Shown: positions 11,276 to 24,164, counted from the whole stretch's first letter. The stretch: 63,377 nt of DNA, filler included, from Phoronis australis (GCA_002633005.1; 3 parts of 3 records of this genome joined end to end with filler, not necessarily neighbours in it); one strand, 5' to 3'. Program-made: numbers and translations. Notes: generated by a model not told the origin, from the sequence alone.

Positions 11276-13077
11276 TGTCGTCATGAAAGAGTGGTCTGTG
11301 GAAGCTGTATGACTAAAAACTGCAGAATCATAGCAGTCCCCATAACTGGGCCTACGATGTTGGTTGATACGACTTTTCAGGGCTTGTTTTGGTTTCCCCA
11401 ATGTATGCTTTCCCACACCCTGGTTCCGAGCATAGTGCCATACTGTACTACACCACATTTGATGTTTTCTCTTTCGTGGTCTTGTCTTTCACATTCATCG
11501 GCTGACTCCTTGTGGTGTTATCTGGTTTGAATGTAACAGAAATATCGTGGCTCCTCATATGAGATTGAACCTGGTCTAAGATCCCTGGCGCAAAAAGTAA
11601 TGTTATCCTGATGTTCCCCTGCGCATTGGTGTTCTGAGACCTGACTCCGCAATGGTGTGTGTGATATATTCGCATTTCGCCCCGGCTCGCTAAAAACGAA
11701 AATCAAATTGCACGTCTTATTTGAGAAAAATCAGTCTCATAATATTAGTCACCGTGATAGGATTTTATTGCTATTACCAACGAGAACAGCGACACCATCG
11801 GTGACTGAAGAAAGCGCGTCAGAGTTTGTTGGGGTTGACCAATTCAAAAATGTCACATGTAGGGCTGTACGCATTCCGTGTCGGTAAAGGAAATGGGATC
11901 TTTTGACGGTAAGGAATATTATTAGATCGATTTCAAGGGAGCGAATGACCCAATTCGATTATCTTAACGGGACGAAATGCAGCTTTTATTGGGATGACGG
12001 GTGGTCAACTATCTACAAATTCCAAAATACCCTTTCGGTGTCTTCTAGTGAGGGCGACTTGAAGTTCCAACAGTGGACCGGTTACATAAACTACTTTTGA
12101 AAAATGTTTAATGATATACGCAGGCACAAACGCATATACGTCATTTCTAGTAGGCTAAGTACAAAAATAATACAATGAAAGTGTTTCAAGTACGTCAATT
12201 AAACCCATTCGACCAAACACTGGGCGCTCATTGACTGATTTAGAGGGGACTAAAGCGCAAAATTTCGTCGCAATTAAGGGGTCACAACTGAAAATATTTC
12301 TGTGGGAGTGAAGCCTTACTAGGTGATAGATTTTGAGGACACGTGTAGGCTCCTGCCCTCTAGATAGCGTGTCCAATGTACATCTGCAATGCTATCGGTC
12401 TAGCAGCAGTTGTGAATCGTACTACTTTGCTCCAATAGCTGCCGAGTTGCTGCCCAGCAATTCATTCCAACAGGGAGGACTTAGAGCTCTGCCATCTCTG
12501 GAGGTCGGGCCAGTGCTACGTGAATATGTAAAATCTTGACAGAACTGGTTGGAGACTGACAGATCTTTGGCCAAAAACTCTACAAGAAAGTAACTCTAGT
12601 GTGTCATATTTTCAGGTTGTTTACTGGAATAAAAATACAGTTCAAGTCGATATATATTATAAACTTTAATTCAATTGGGGCAACAAGCCTCATGCAAATG
12701 GTCTCTTTCAATTCTACTCACTTGGGAATTTTTTGTCATGATTATGATTTCGGGCCGGTGTCTTAATTTCCCCGCGGCTGAACCCCAACTTCTGAAACTT
12801 TGAAAGTACGTAAATACTTCCAAGGACACTCGGCTTCCATGTAATTGTTTGATTTTGCCGTCGATATGAAACGCAACCCACCAAGTCACTGGTCTCTTAC
12901 GTGACTTCTAAAATACTCCAACTTGTCACGTTTGACGAAATGGAAGTATAGTATTTCAAGCACGAGTGATGTTCTAAGGTGCAGGAACAGTTTCAATCGA
13001 AATTTTTTTGAATGTGTGTGATTTTGGTAGTCTTGTATCGTTCGTTCGATAAAAAAAAAAGAAATTGTGTATTGCAG

Positions 13078-13275
13078 CTACATTTTGTAACATGCCTACA
13101 CAAGACAATGCAGACGTGCGCATAGACTCAAACGGAAAAGATGTCCGCAAAGGGGAAAACGCAACCTTCCGTTGTCGTCGCGGTTGGCGGACGGATAGTG
13201 GCACCGTGACATATCAACTGCAGTGCAACGGGGAGCACGGCATCACTGGAGATCAGAATTTGTGCAAGGTTAACT
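13078..13275 (+). CDS. Sushi/CCP-like membrane protein, exon E (4-Cys module)
   Basis: attgcag|CTACA...AACT|gtaagc; 198 nt, phase 1-1. Encodes FCNMP...GENATFRCRRGW...LQCNG...LCK. Confidence 0.8.
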
Positions 13276-13653
13276 GTAAGCGTGCTTGGTAGACATCTTA
13301 TAGGCCTACTACTCTGAGGTAAAGGGACTCTATGCTCTTCCTGAACTCGGTCTGCACGGCGGGAAGCATCTGAACATTTAGGGCTTTCTGAATAGGCCAG
13401 CGTGTTGAGATTGAAATGTATGCGCGTGGCCGATACTTTCTCGAGGCACACTTGCAACCAACAACCGATTTCAGACAGAATCAGCTCCTACAGTTGTAGA
13501 TGCAACAGAGCTTTCAAATGGGAAAGGTAGCAAAGATTGCTACAATACAAATAACTAGAGTCGCTTTTGAATAAGTGATCTGCTAGGTTATCTAGAATAA
13601 ATGTTTTAAGGTTTGCGTCATTGAACGATAAATATTGCATGTTTTCTTCTCAG

Positions 13654-14078
13654 ATTTGTTGATGGCGCGTCAAGCTAGAGCAGGAGGTCTCATCGCGGGC
13701 TTAGTAGTCCTTTCGATCGCGCTATTCATAACCATTGCGTTCTGTGCAAGACTGTGTCACATGCCCGACCAAGTGACGGCACCGATTGCTCTTGTAACCG
13801 AAGACGACGTCGAAGGGCCGGAAGATGTCGTTGCAGTCTCTAATATTGACGAAAATCCGGACAAGGAAATGACAAAAACCTCTTCAGATCAGGACAACAA
13901 TGAAGATGGAGACGAAAGCAGCCTTGAAGAAGAGGTGCCTGCAACTGTTGCGTCGTTGGAATCAGTCAACAGCCCGAGTGCTGTACCCATGGTTACCAAT
14001 ACTACCGACTCTAGTAGTGCCATCGAGGAACACCAAGCAGACGACGCGGTCGTGTCCAGCATGACTGAAAACCCCTAA
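13654..14078 (+). CDS. Sushi/CCP-like membrane protein, terminal exon (TM helix plus acidic cytoplasmic tail)
   Basis: ttttcttctcag|ATTTG is a phase-1 acceptor compatible with exon E. Hydrophobic GGLIAGLVVLSIALFITIAFC is followed by an Asp/Glu/Ser-rich tail to TAA at 14078. Confidence 0.8.
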
Positions 14079-14575
14079 CTGGACTCCTGGTCACTGACAT
14101 CAGATAACGGTTCTACGTGTTAGGAAAGTTTAGTATAAAATGATGTTCCTTCCTGCACCTAGACATCTTGCAGTTGTCTAAATTTAGATAATTTCGGAAA
14201 GTCATGTCTTAGAAATTGCTGTTCGCATGGTATTCAAGTGTAACTTTCATTCACTGTGCTTTATTTTCTCTAAAATAGTGCCAGAATTGCTTTAGAAATG
14301 TAACACAATAAATGAGCTATCGGAAAAACAGACTTTTCTTGATTTTTACGGAAAGATCAAGACTCACATAACATAAACGAAATGATGATGTAGAAAGCTG
14401 TAACTACGTTTATAAGATTTTATCTTAAATTTGTATAATGGAGAGATTTTGTCGATATTGATTCCATTGTTTTCTTAAAAAATGTACTTTTGTCACATTC
14501 TGAATTATTTACACTTCCAGATATTTGTTTTTATTGTGTTAAGGTTTACACTTTTAAGATATTTGACAGAATACG

Positions 14576-14664
14576 CCCAACCAAACCTCGCTCTACCAAA
14601 CCTCGCCCTACCAAACCTCGCCCTACCAAGCCTTGCCCAACCAAACCTCGCCCTACCAAACCTG
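14576..14664. repeat. 15-bp minisatellite (CCAAACCTCGCCCTA) x about 6
   Basis: Directly visible. Confidence 0.9.
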
Positions 14665-15499
14665 AACGCAATCTCGTTGACCTTAGCAGAGAGGTCAGAG
14701 GGACGTGGTGAACGCGTTTACGTCGTTGTACTCTAGACGCCATTTTCAGTTTCGCCTTGATCTCACAACTGAATTCTGAAGAGACAAAACTAAATTAATC
14801 AGTTTTGTTCACCAGGGTGTAATGTTTTGACTTTTGACCCTGTCCAAGTTTTCGATTTTTGGGTTGCTTTATACAAAATTATCAATGTTCTGCATGCGCG
14901 CACCCAGAGAGGGCTCGAATGAGCCCCCTATTTGGCGAAGTGGACAAAAAAGCCCGCCCCAGAGAAAGAAAAAGTCCATTAAAAAGGCGAAAACGCACAA
15001 TTCACAGCCATGGACGTGGTACCCCGTTTTTTTAGTCCTTCGGCTTTTTTGTCGCCGGGTAAAAGGTCCACATCGTCGGAAATTCGAGCCCCCGATATTG
15101 AAGGCAGGGTGCGCGCATGTTCTGTGCCATAATATCAAGAGGGTTAACTTTGTGTGTGCTACTTGTTAAATGACCCATTGCTACATTATAACATTTTGGA
15201 AAATGGTCGTGAATCTTATGTTAAATTGGTTCATTCGCATTTATAATGTACATTAGAGTTGTTTATTACCACTAGAGGGTTTTAGTTCAGAGATTTCCTT
15301 CTTCTTTCAGACGATTGTTGTTATTGTTGGATTGTAACCTAAATACATGTACAATACTGTATACAGGTATATGCACTAATAAACCTTTTTCTTACCTATG
15401 ACAACGGTCATCTCCGTTTGGTTCGCTATCAGTACTTGTACGTTATCTTTTGAATGCGGTCGGTCCAGCTAGTACACCATCGAGCAGTGTGCAAGAATC

Positions 15500-16070
15500 G
15501 TACAGTCGCCTTTGATGCCACCGTAGCCATCTTCCCCACCCATGTTCTTAAATCCCCAGTATACCCCTTTTCAATGTAGGCCTACATGTATATGTGTGCA
15601 AATTTCTTCCACTATAAGGAATTACTTGAAGGATATAGACAAATACTCGAAGTTCGACGAACTGGCCGCCGATTGTCTGACGTCATCGAGAGATCATTCG
15701 ATGGCGTATCAGGACTCATTGTCTGTCTTCGACGCACATTCGTCACTTTCGGCATACAAGATGAACTTGCATCAGGGGTGGACCAGAAGTCCTATCACGC
15801 TAGACCAGACAGTCTCTCAATGATTGGGGCACATCGATGTCCTTCCTTCATAGCAACTGTTGGGAAGAGAGATCAGATTTAAGAACATGAAGCGACTGAT
15901 AACAGACAACACCACCACCACACGTTGCTGCCTGAACACCGACTCTTTCCAACGTGCCATGTTGGAATATCGGAACTACCCAGATACGGATACAAAGCTA
16001 CTGTATGGCCCGCGATGTGTACAAAAAATGCATCTTTGGACACTCCATCCGGGACTTCATTAGATAAGCA
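15500..16070 (+). mobile_element. Ty3/Gypsy integrase remnant (frameshifted)
   Basis: Across frames: PFQC..CANFFHYK, DKYSKF, GVSGLIVCLRRTFVTFGIQDELAS, GREIRFKNMKRLITDNT..LNTDSFQRAMLEYRNYPDTDTKL. These match integrase core motifs (FG.P.EL.SD, R.E..VK..K, L.YRN.P). Confidence 0.78.
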
Positions 16071-16349
16071 TTCGTCATTTCGTTTCAACCTTTATTGAAA
16101 GAATGATGATTGATGGAGACCTAGAAGTACAAGTAAATAGTATGCTTACTGGATAGCTTGAAGGTAATGCCAATGTACTATAAACGAGATATAAAGTGAA
16201 TACACGTGGAAAAGGTGATACCGATAATTCCTATCTCTATGTAATATCAATGTAGTCACGAAGACAATATGGTGGGAAGCCGCGAGTAGCTAGAGGGACG
16301 CCTAGTGGTTATAGTATGAACTATCATATAATTCTCCATTCCTCTCCAT

Positions 16350-16422
16350 GTCTCGTCCTGGCCGGGATCGAACTAACAACCTTAAAGTTCATGGCGCGAA
16401 ACTTAAGCACCGCGCAATAGGC
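16350..16422 (-). mobile_element. tRNA-derived SINE-like head
   Basis: Minus strand has an A-box-like TTGCGCGGTGCTTAAG and a B-box GTTCGATCCC with tRNA-like spacing; there is no intact acceptor stem. Confidence 0.5.
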
Positions 16423-16624
16423 ACGCGGAGGACGCTGAGCGCTGGTCAGAACGCACGAAGAGGGTCCCGCCCATTGCTGCCGATCAGATGACGACGGACC
16501 GGATCCAAAATGAAACCGTGCTTACTACTCTACACAAACAGACCTTGTTCGTATCACTTTCTTAATAAAGGCCGTATTAAAACGGAGATCCCGACTGCAT
16601 GTTTCTTAGTATGAATTTTGAAAG

Positions 16625-18250
16625 TATATTTATTTATTATTGTGATATTTATTGTGATATTTAAAATGAGGGTGGCCTCTTCAGTGATAGCACTGCTTTC
16701 CAAGAGGGCCCTCGACAAGAAAAACGGTAATATAATACAATGAATTAACAAAACAACAATGAAATACACGTAACAAAGATACAATTAAAACAGGTTTAGA
16801 ATTAAGACAATAACTAAATGACAAATAATGGTAAAAATTTAACTAAGACAGATGAAATAAATTAAGAGATGACTCTAGACAGTGAGAGTATTTACGACAA
16901 TGAAAAAATGACATAATTAAGACAGGCAGGGTATAAAAGGTTAAGTAAATTACAGCCACTATTTAATATTTACTTTAAAGGTAGTAATTGAATTGGACCG
17001 TTTAATTTCTGGGCTAAAAGAATTCCATATTATAGCAGCTGCATAGATAAAAGATCTCTTGCCCGTCTCGGTTTTAATTTTTTAGAAGAAACATTACCGG
17101 CAACAGAAGAACGTGTAGAATATAGAGCCTGACTGCTATTGAATTTACTGCTGAGATGTATTGGAGCCAAACCATTGATACATCTGTATATACAACAGGC
17201 AGAGAGATATTTATATCTTTGTATTACTTTCATAAATCCCAGCTTGGAATGCAAGTCGTCAACGCTAGAGTCCCTAATTTTAGTACCCAGGATAGCCCTG
17301 GCGGCTCTGTTTTGGATTACTTGGACTTTGTTGACAAGTGTGTCACTAGTGTGCCCCCAAACCGGTAACCAATAATCAATATGAGGCTGAATAATAGAAT
17401 GGTAAAGGGTCTTAAGAGTACTGACATTAAGAAATTTGCCTAGACTTTTAAGTACACCGATTTTCTTTGATAATTTGTTTGTGATATGATCTATGTGCAT
17501 ATTAAATTTAAGATTGGGATCTAAAATAAGGCCCAAATACTTAAACTTGTCAACATTCTCGATGGGAGAACCGTTGATAGAAAGGGATAGTTTTTGTTGT
17601 TTTAATTTCTGGTGGGTTCCAAACAGCATCGACTTTGTTTTACTAACGTTAAGAGTGAGTTTCTTTTGAATCAGCCAGTCATGGACAAGGGCTAGCTCAT
17701 CGTTTTGAGAAGTTTCAAGTTCTTTTACTGAACCAGCTGTGGACATAACTGCAGTGTCATCAGCGTATAAAACTGGGACACTGTTGTGGAGGACAGTAGG
17801 GAGGTCGTTAACAAAGATAGTGAATAATAGAGGGCCCAAAATGGAGCCCTGAGGTACCCCCGTGATTACGGTTGAGTAGTCAGGAAGTATACCACCGTAT
17901 TTGGTGGCCTGTTTACGGTCGTATAAGTAGTTTCTAAACCAAAGGAGTTCGTCATCATTAACTCCGTAAGACTCTAGTTTCTGTAATAGGATACCATGGT
18001 CCACAGTGTCAAAGGCTTTCTTAAGGTCAACAAAGACAGCACCAGTTAGCCTCCCCTGATCCATATTATTAAAGAAAAACTCAGTAGCATGAATGTTTGT
18101 AGTAAGAGTGGAATGCAAGGGGCTGAAACCAGACTGGTCTGCCGAGAGAAGGGAATTTTGGTCCAGGAACTGGTGAATCTGCTTTTGAACACACCTTTCA
18201 AGAATTTCGGACACTGCAGGGAGGACCGATATTGGTCTATAATTTTCGCA
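16625..18250 (-). mobile_element. CR1/L2-group LINE, 5'-truncated (RT ORF 18214-17030)
   Basis: RT motifs QSGFSPLHST, FVDLKKAFDTVDH, GVPQGSILGPLLF, YADDT, KLTLNVSKTK, FKYLG, QNRAARAI; 3' UTR and AAT-rich tail near 16625. Confidence 0.93.
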
Positions 18251-18959
18251 ACTTGACTAAAGGTTGGTTAGGCCTACTGACATTCACGTCTTCTTATATA
18301 CTGCACAGTATTTTTCTGAAAAATAAAAAATAATAGTTCCGTAAAGCCCCATTGTGCCAGCTGCAGTTTTCGTGATGTCACTGGCGCTGTACAGCGAAAA
18401 GATATAGGTCATTGGTGAACATGAGGCCTACACATTCCACTCAAGAGTACCTGTGCATAGCCTACTCACAACTTTTTTGTTTTTCTTCCCTATTACGTTG
18501 GGTCCCGGAGGTTAGCCAGCCAGCTATAGCTGACGGTATGAAGACTATCGTCAAAATACAACTATGTACCAGTACCACAGTGAGTTGCGCTCTGTTACAC
18601 CCCGAAAGTTTATTCACGTACACAGCCAACTGAAGGCAGTTCTGCTCGCGCTCGTGAAACTTATATCAACATGTAAAACCGGACTAGCAGTTAATTTGTG
18701 CTCACCATACCGGCATCGAACTTTAGGCAACGCTGCCGTCAGCGTTGTCACCGAAAGCCAATGTTAATAGAGAACACAGAAAGGAAAATTGTGGTATACT
18801 GCGTCTACGTGCTACACCATTGTTCCTCAGGCGAAAACAAAAAGGCCGGTAATCAACCCGTAACAGTGAAAGGACACTGAAAATTAGTTGCAATGTTTTA
18901 GCGACTAAGGGTAAGCAAGTGGGTGATGCGTGTACATTTATTTCTCATTTACTGTGAGT

Positions 18960-19230
18960 TTCATGAAATAGCAAGACATTGATGGGTAGATGTGGGTAGT
19001 GGTTATCAAGAAGATTAATTGAGTACGGGAGCATCTTTTGATGGTTTGACATTTTGAACGAAATGCAGAAGAAACATGGTAAAGTTGTCAGCTGGCATTC
19101 ATCCTGGTGGATGAGCGGTTTCTTTTGAGCCAGCAGGTGCTCCATTTATAAAGTATTCCTTATAATGCACTCGAAAATAAATCAACTTGAAGAAGGATGG
19201 GATGGTCTGACCGCTGACCTTAGAGTATCT
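18960..19230 (-). mobile_element. pogo/Tigger-type DDE transposase remnant
   Basis: Minus-strand frames give GQTIPSFF..FRVHYKEYFINGAPAGSKETAHPPG*MPADNFTMFLLHFVQNVKPSKDAPVL..LLDNHY.H, which matches the DDE_1 core. Confidence 0.75.
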
Positions 19231-20113
19231 GATTCTCTTGTAATGTCGATCCATGCTTAGGGAAAAATTCTGAAAAAAAAAACCCCATAGAAATGATAAT
19301 TAAAACTTGGCGTTTTATTTGTTCAAGACCAGACGATACCCCGAATCACAAACTAGACGGTTTACTTTTGAACCCGTTATGGCTTCGCATCAAACATAGA
19401 GTAAAACACTTTCACAATTTTAGTGCCCACACGTCTAAAAATCATATGTTCTGTTCACAAACCTTCAAAATGGCAAAGCGCCACCATAGAAACATATTTA
19501 AGATGAGTTTATGCAATTTCATGATGAATGCTACTCATTAAATTTCCTGAAAAAAATTATTGATGATATATCAAGTAAAGTGAACGGGGCAAGTTCGTCC
19601 CCTGGCCATACTAGCCCCATGTCAAAGGCCCAACTTGCTCCACTAGCTCTAAATGGAAAACACACGTGATTACCTCATCAATCACTGAGGAGTCTGAAGA
19701 AACACATGGCCTGTTTTGAAGACCAAGCTGTTTTTGAACCCACGATTAAAACATTTTTACATCAATGCTCACGCTGCTTATGGCCAGCACTGAATCGAAG
19801 CCGGTTCCAAAATTTACTCACCAATCGTTGCCTGTCATATCAAGAAAAACACTCCGCCTTCTACCAGCGTGGTTTTAGTGTAGTGGTACAAGACACGTGA
19901 TTGCTCAAAATGACTGAGGCTGAAAGTGCATATATAATAGCGGAGTTTGGGGCGGTGGCCGAACTAGCCCCGCGGTCTGCGCCCATACCAATTCGCTGTG
20001 GGTTTCATACGGCGTTCACACGTGGTCTGTAACACAGTGGCGGATCTACGTTTTCAGTAAGGGTGGGGTTTAGGATTCCCGCAAAGGTCGAATCCGAGGC
20101 GCGTGGCGCCGAG

Positions 20114-20213
20114 NNNNNNNNNNNNNNNNNNNNNNNNNNNNNNNNNNNNNNNNNNNNTTAATTAATTAANNNNNNNNNNNNNNNNNNNNNNNNNNNNNNN
20201 NNNNNNNNNNNNN
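20114..20213. other. Assembly gap with artificial TTAATTAATTAA linker
   Basis: N-run with a central all-frame stop linker. Confidence 0.97.
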
Positions 20214-20624
20214 CATTGTCCATAATCCAATGTTTACTAATGCCGCTTGCCTTCAACCTTCGAAGTAGTGGTGTTACACAACCGACGTGAACTCATGTAA
20301 CCGAGACAGCAAAACTAGGTTAATTTATTTGACCCTGTGCTAAGACGAATATGCATCGACACGCAAAGTGGTATGAGCCTGACAACCTATTACGCAACTG
20401 CTACTCTAGCCTAACAATAGCAGCCGACCAGCTGGTCGTCTGATGGCCGGTCGGCTAAAGGGTCGGCTGAAGGGTCGGCTGTGGGGTCGCCTTATGAGTC
20501 GGCACTGCGGGCGGCTGCCGGTCGGCTAATTTTTAGCCGACCGGTCGGCTAATTTGCCGACCGGTCGACGGCCGGTCGTCGACCAATTTCCGACCGGTCG
20601 GCCAAAAATTCGTGATGTGTACTG
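20214..20624 (+). mobile_element. Right end of a second copy of the TIR element at 38242-43376
   Basis: Near-identical to 42966-43376, but the flank differs after CTG|TA. Confidence 0.88.
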
Positions 20625-20899
20625 TAACTTTCAAAATTAAATGAGAAAAGCAGCCATCCGCAGTTACCTACCCCAACTTGCAGACGCAGGACTTCAGACA
20701 CTCAGAGGAATGACAAAAAGGCCTTGCGAAGCAATTTAGCTGATACCAAGCAAATTTTTGTTTTTGAAAATATTCCTATTTCAGGATCATGCAATTTTGA
20801 AAACGACTACATACCAGAACCAAATGTGGTTTTTGGCCAAACAACCATTAATTACCAAGGTTGATAGTACATCCAGTCTGAAATTGACTGCATACCTAC

Positions 20900-21037
20900 T
20901 TTCATTTGTTTTGCATATGGCGTTTCCGTAACTGTCCACCAGGGCTGCGCTTTAACATTGTCACAGTTGTACATTGACCTTTGATCTTTGGATGGATACA
21001 TCCCTGTCTTAGCACCTCTGGCATACACTACGTCACT
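20900..21037 (-). CDS. ASPH: Aspartyl/asparaginyl beta-hydroxylase, internal exon
   Basis: tttgcag|AGT...AAA|gtaggt; 138 nt, phase 0-0. Encodes SDVVYARGAKTGMYPSKDQRSMYNCDNVKAQPWWTVTETPY, matching the ASPH motif QRSLYNV.GLKAQPWWT..ETGY. Confidence 0.9.
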
Positions 21038-21659
21038 CTGCAAAAAACGTGTTAGTTTTATCAAACATTTATCTTCCTCATCAATATACCACAAGTACAC
21101 TCTTACAGATTAACACTCAAAGATACTTTGCAATTGAGAAATTCCAAAATCAGGTTAAAAGCTGCTTAAAACATTTTCTGAGGAGTCAGCAGAGCTCAAT
21201 ATTTAACATACTATCAACTCGCCACATGCAACTGGATAAAATTTCCAGGATGCTAAACAGAACGACCATGCCTGAAGCTCGGATGCAGGAGTCCTGGCCT
21301 CCACAAATGATGCATAGTTGGCAACAGTTAAAAATGGACAAACTTGACATTTGATCTCATTACTGAGCAAATGCCCGATGGAACACAAGTCAGCATTTTT
21401 TTTAGTTCAGTGGAATCCTGGCTAAAAATGAGACGTATTACCATCAAGTCTCCTAAATGTTCCTTACTGTGAAAGGATATTAATTCTGTTACAACACTTA
21501 GGCAATGTGTATGTGCAGCAGTTTTAGGGCTGCACAGCTAAAAATTAACTCTGAAGTATTTTCTGAAGATGCTGATAGTTTTGATGTTCTTTGTATTGTA
21601 AACAGAATCCTATCACAGTAAGTAATATTACAAGACTGCAAGGCTCAACAGAAAATCAC

Positions 21660-22700
21660 AGTCCTACTGTAAGTCTACACCAATGTGATAAATGAGACTA
21701 GTTCTACTTGCCGCGTTAGCTATAGGTATCATTATCTCTTTCATGACACAAAATGAGTAACTGGGCAAATTAAAATTAGCCTTTTCAAACTAGCGTATAT
21801 AAATCAGTGGAGCGGGATACCCTGAGGACCCTGTCAAGTCCTCACAACGATTCTAGGTTATGTACCAGGCTGTTATTACAGACCACATGTGAACACAGTC
21901 TAACCCAGAGTGTTGGGAAAGAATAGATTGTTCTAACTTCGATTGAACTTTGGCGATTCAAAAACTAGACATGATCACCATTTGATGAGGAATTCAGAAA
22001 TGCTATTGGTTTATGTTCAAATATGTTATAACTTAACTTTTGTTTTTAACAGCACAGCCCATTCAGGCTAAGATACGATCTTATTCAGAGCAATTATCGA
22101 ACAAAATTAAGAGAGCTGGCCCTCCAACCATAAATGCCAGAATGGAGTTTAACCAGTACTGTTAGATAATAGCTACAGGGGTCATCTTCCCAACTACAAG
22201 GTACCTAAACTTCACGGTTAACGGACTCATAAACACGGTCACGGATGCAAGAACACTGAACGGACCTGCAAACACGCGTCCACTGACTCACAAACACGGG
22301 AGCGGACTCAGAAAACACGATCCACGCACCCAAATACACGGGACACGGACTCATATTTATGAGGAAACACGGTTAACTGACCGCCAAACACGGGTCACGG
22401 ACTCATCGGCTTCTGGGTCAGCTGACATCTACATTTTGTCCGTAAACCGTGTTTGGCGGTCCGTTAAACGTGTTTCTTCGTGAATGTGAGTCCGTGTCCA
22501 TATGTCTTTGAGTGAATGGATCGTGTTTTCTGAGTCCGTTCCCGTGAGTCAGTGGACGGTGTTTGCAGGTTCGTGAGTCGTGTTCATGCGTCCATGACCG
22601 TGTTTATGAGTCCGTTAACCGTGTAGTTTAGGTACCTTGAACTAGTTGTTGGGCTATAGAATCGAACGAGTTGGGAGCAACGGGAAAATGCCATAATGAT
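21660..22700. repeat. Dispersed repeat family X, longer copy interrupted by a foldback MITE
   Basis: Matches 10735-11275 and 23740-24080; its left part recurs at 22845-23025 and, inverted, at about 60810-60960. Confidence 0.75.
22197..22639. mobile_element. Foldback MITE with long imperfect TIRs and 5-bp TSD AACTA
   Basis: CAAGGTACCTAAAC... / ...GTTTAGGTACCTTG, flanked by AACTA at 22192-22196 and 22640-22644. The empty site is visible in the sister copy at about 11225-11245. Confidence 0.88.
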
Positions 22701-23405
22701 GTAGAAACGCAAGTATCAGTTTTACTTAGGGGCATGTACCTATAATTCTGGATCATAATGCTAAATTGTCATGAGAGACTGTCCGGAGTTGGTATCAGGT
22801 GCAACTCCGGACGTTCTGGGGTCAATAAAAAACCACAGTTCAACTGTGAGTCTACACCAATGTGATAAACGATAGTAACTTGCTGCATCTGCTGCAGGTG
22901 TGCTTATCTCTTTTATGACACACAAAGTGTGACTGGGCAACGCGTTTTCAAAATAATGTGGATAAATCAGTGGAGTGTGAGACCCCTGAGGTCCCTGTCA
23001 AGTCCTCACGACAATTCTACGTTAAGGTCCGCTGCATATATGCTAATTCTCAAATTTCCATTTAAATCTTTCTCTGGTTCTTGCAGATTTTCAACAATAA
23101 CTACAAAACCATTATAGAACTCATGACATTAATTTTACTTCAATCCGCAGTTCAAATGTCCAAAAGTGTGTCAGCCACACTGTAACATTTTTGACATATT
23201 TTCCCTCTGTGAGCAAGGATTGAATATTTTTAATTTTTCAAAGATGAAAACGGTTCATATTATTTTAAGAATACGATAAAAGTAACTCCACGCAACTACG
23301 TACTATTACATGTTCTAATTAAATTGAGCAAGTTGTACCAACCAAAGCACGTCTTCTTTCCATGAAACAAACATTAAAGCTTAATTAACAAGGACATAAC
23401 CTAAC

Positions 23406-23600
23406 CTCCTGCTTTCTCCCCATCCTATAGAGGGCGTCACCAAGATGGAAGAAGAAACGACCGTGTTGTGTCCCTGGTTCTCCACTGTTGAGGCCTGCAG
23501 TCAACAGAGGTATGGCCGCCGTGTAGTTCTGGTCCTCTGTTTTCAAGATGAAGCCGTAGTGAACCTGAGCATAGCCATCAGAGGGAGACACTTGCAGCAC
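23406..23600 (-). CDS. ASPH: Aspartyl/asparaginyl beta-hydroxylase, TPR-region exon
   Basis: 195 nt, phase 0-0. Encodes VLQVSPSDGYAQVHYGFILK...GEPGTQHGRFFFHLGDALYRMG, matching ASPH VHYGFILK...DPGTDDGRFYFHLGDA. Confidence 0.93.
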
Positions 23601-23739
23601 CTACAAGACAATGATTTCAGTGGAATTCGCCATGCTATTCCACGGATTGAAAGTAAATTTTGGGCTCGAAACAAGATGATTATTGCTGGATATGTATCAG
23701 CCTCACTAAACTGACCCTATTGAGCAATATAGGTGTCAA

Positions 23740-24080
23740 TACACCGTTTTCCCATTGCTCCCAACTTGTTCGATTCTATAGCCCAACAAAAAATTGGGAA
23801 GTAGCCTATCTTACACGACTGATTAACTCCATTCTGACATTCATGGTTGCAGGGCCAGCTCTCTTTTATTGGATAATTGGATTTCTAAAATCCTCTTCAA
23901 ATGGTGAACATGTTTAGTTTTTGAATCGCCAAAATTGCCCAACTGAAACGAAATTACAATAATATATTCTTTCCTAATGTACCAACCACTCTGGGTTTGA
24001 TGGTGTTCACATGTGGTCCGTAATAAGCCTGGCATGCCTGTTGTCATAACAGCTGGACAAAGACTGTGCTAATGGCAGTT
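23740..24080. repeat. Dispersed repeat family X, internally deleted inverted copy
   Basis: Reverse-complement similarity to the 10800-11275 and 21860-22700 copies. Confidence 0.75.
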
Positions 24081-24164
24081 AACATTAAAGAAGCTAGATG
24101 TTACTACATGCTCAGAACCCCCTTCATCTGGTAAAGTCACTGAACAGGAAAACCTTGTCATGTT

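Larger units (their letters stand above)
10388..11650 (-). mobile_element. Penelope-like element remnant (GIY-YIG endonuclease region plus 3' terminal region), split by an inserted repeat
   Basis: Minus-strand frames give ISVTFKPDNT..KDKTTKEKTSNVV, KQALKSRINQHRRP..SAVFSH...DHSF and, after the insert, ALEDVKILD..WFRRGVKEAIYERIENPSLNRRGGLR. A typical PLE tail CTGGATGACTGAAAACATTCATCG is present. Confidence 0.85.

Noticed and set aside
20158-20169. TTAATTAATTAA palindrome inside N-runs (also at about 50702-50713)
   Set aside because: An artificial scaffolding linker with stops in all frames, not biological.
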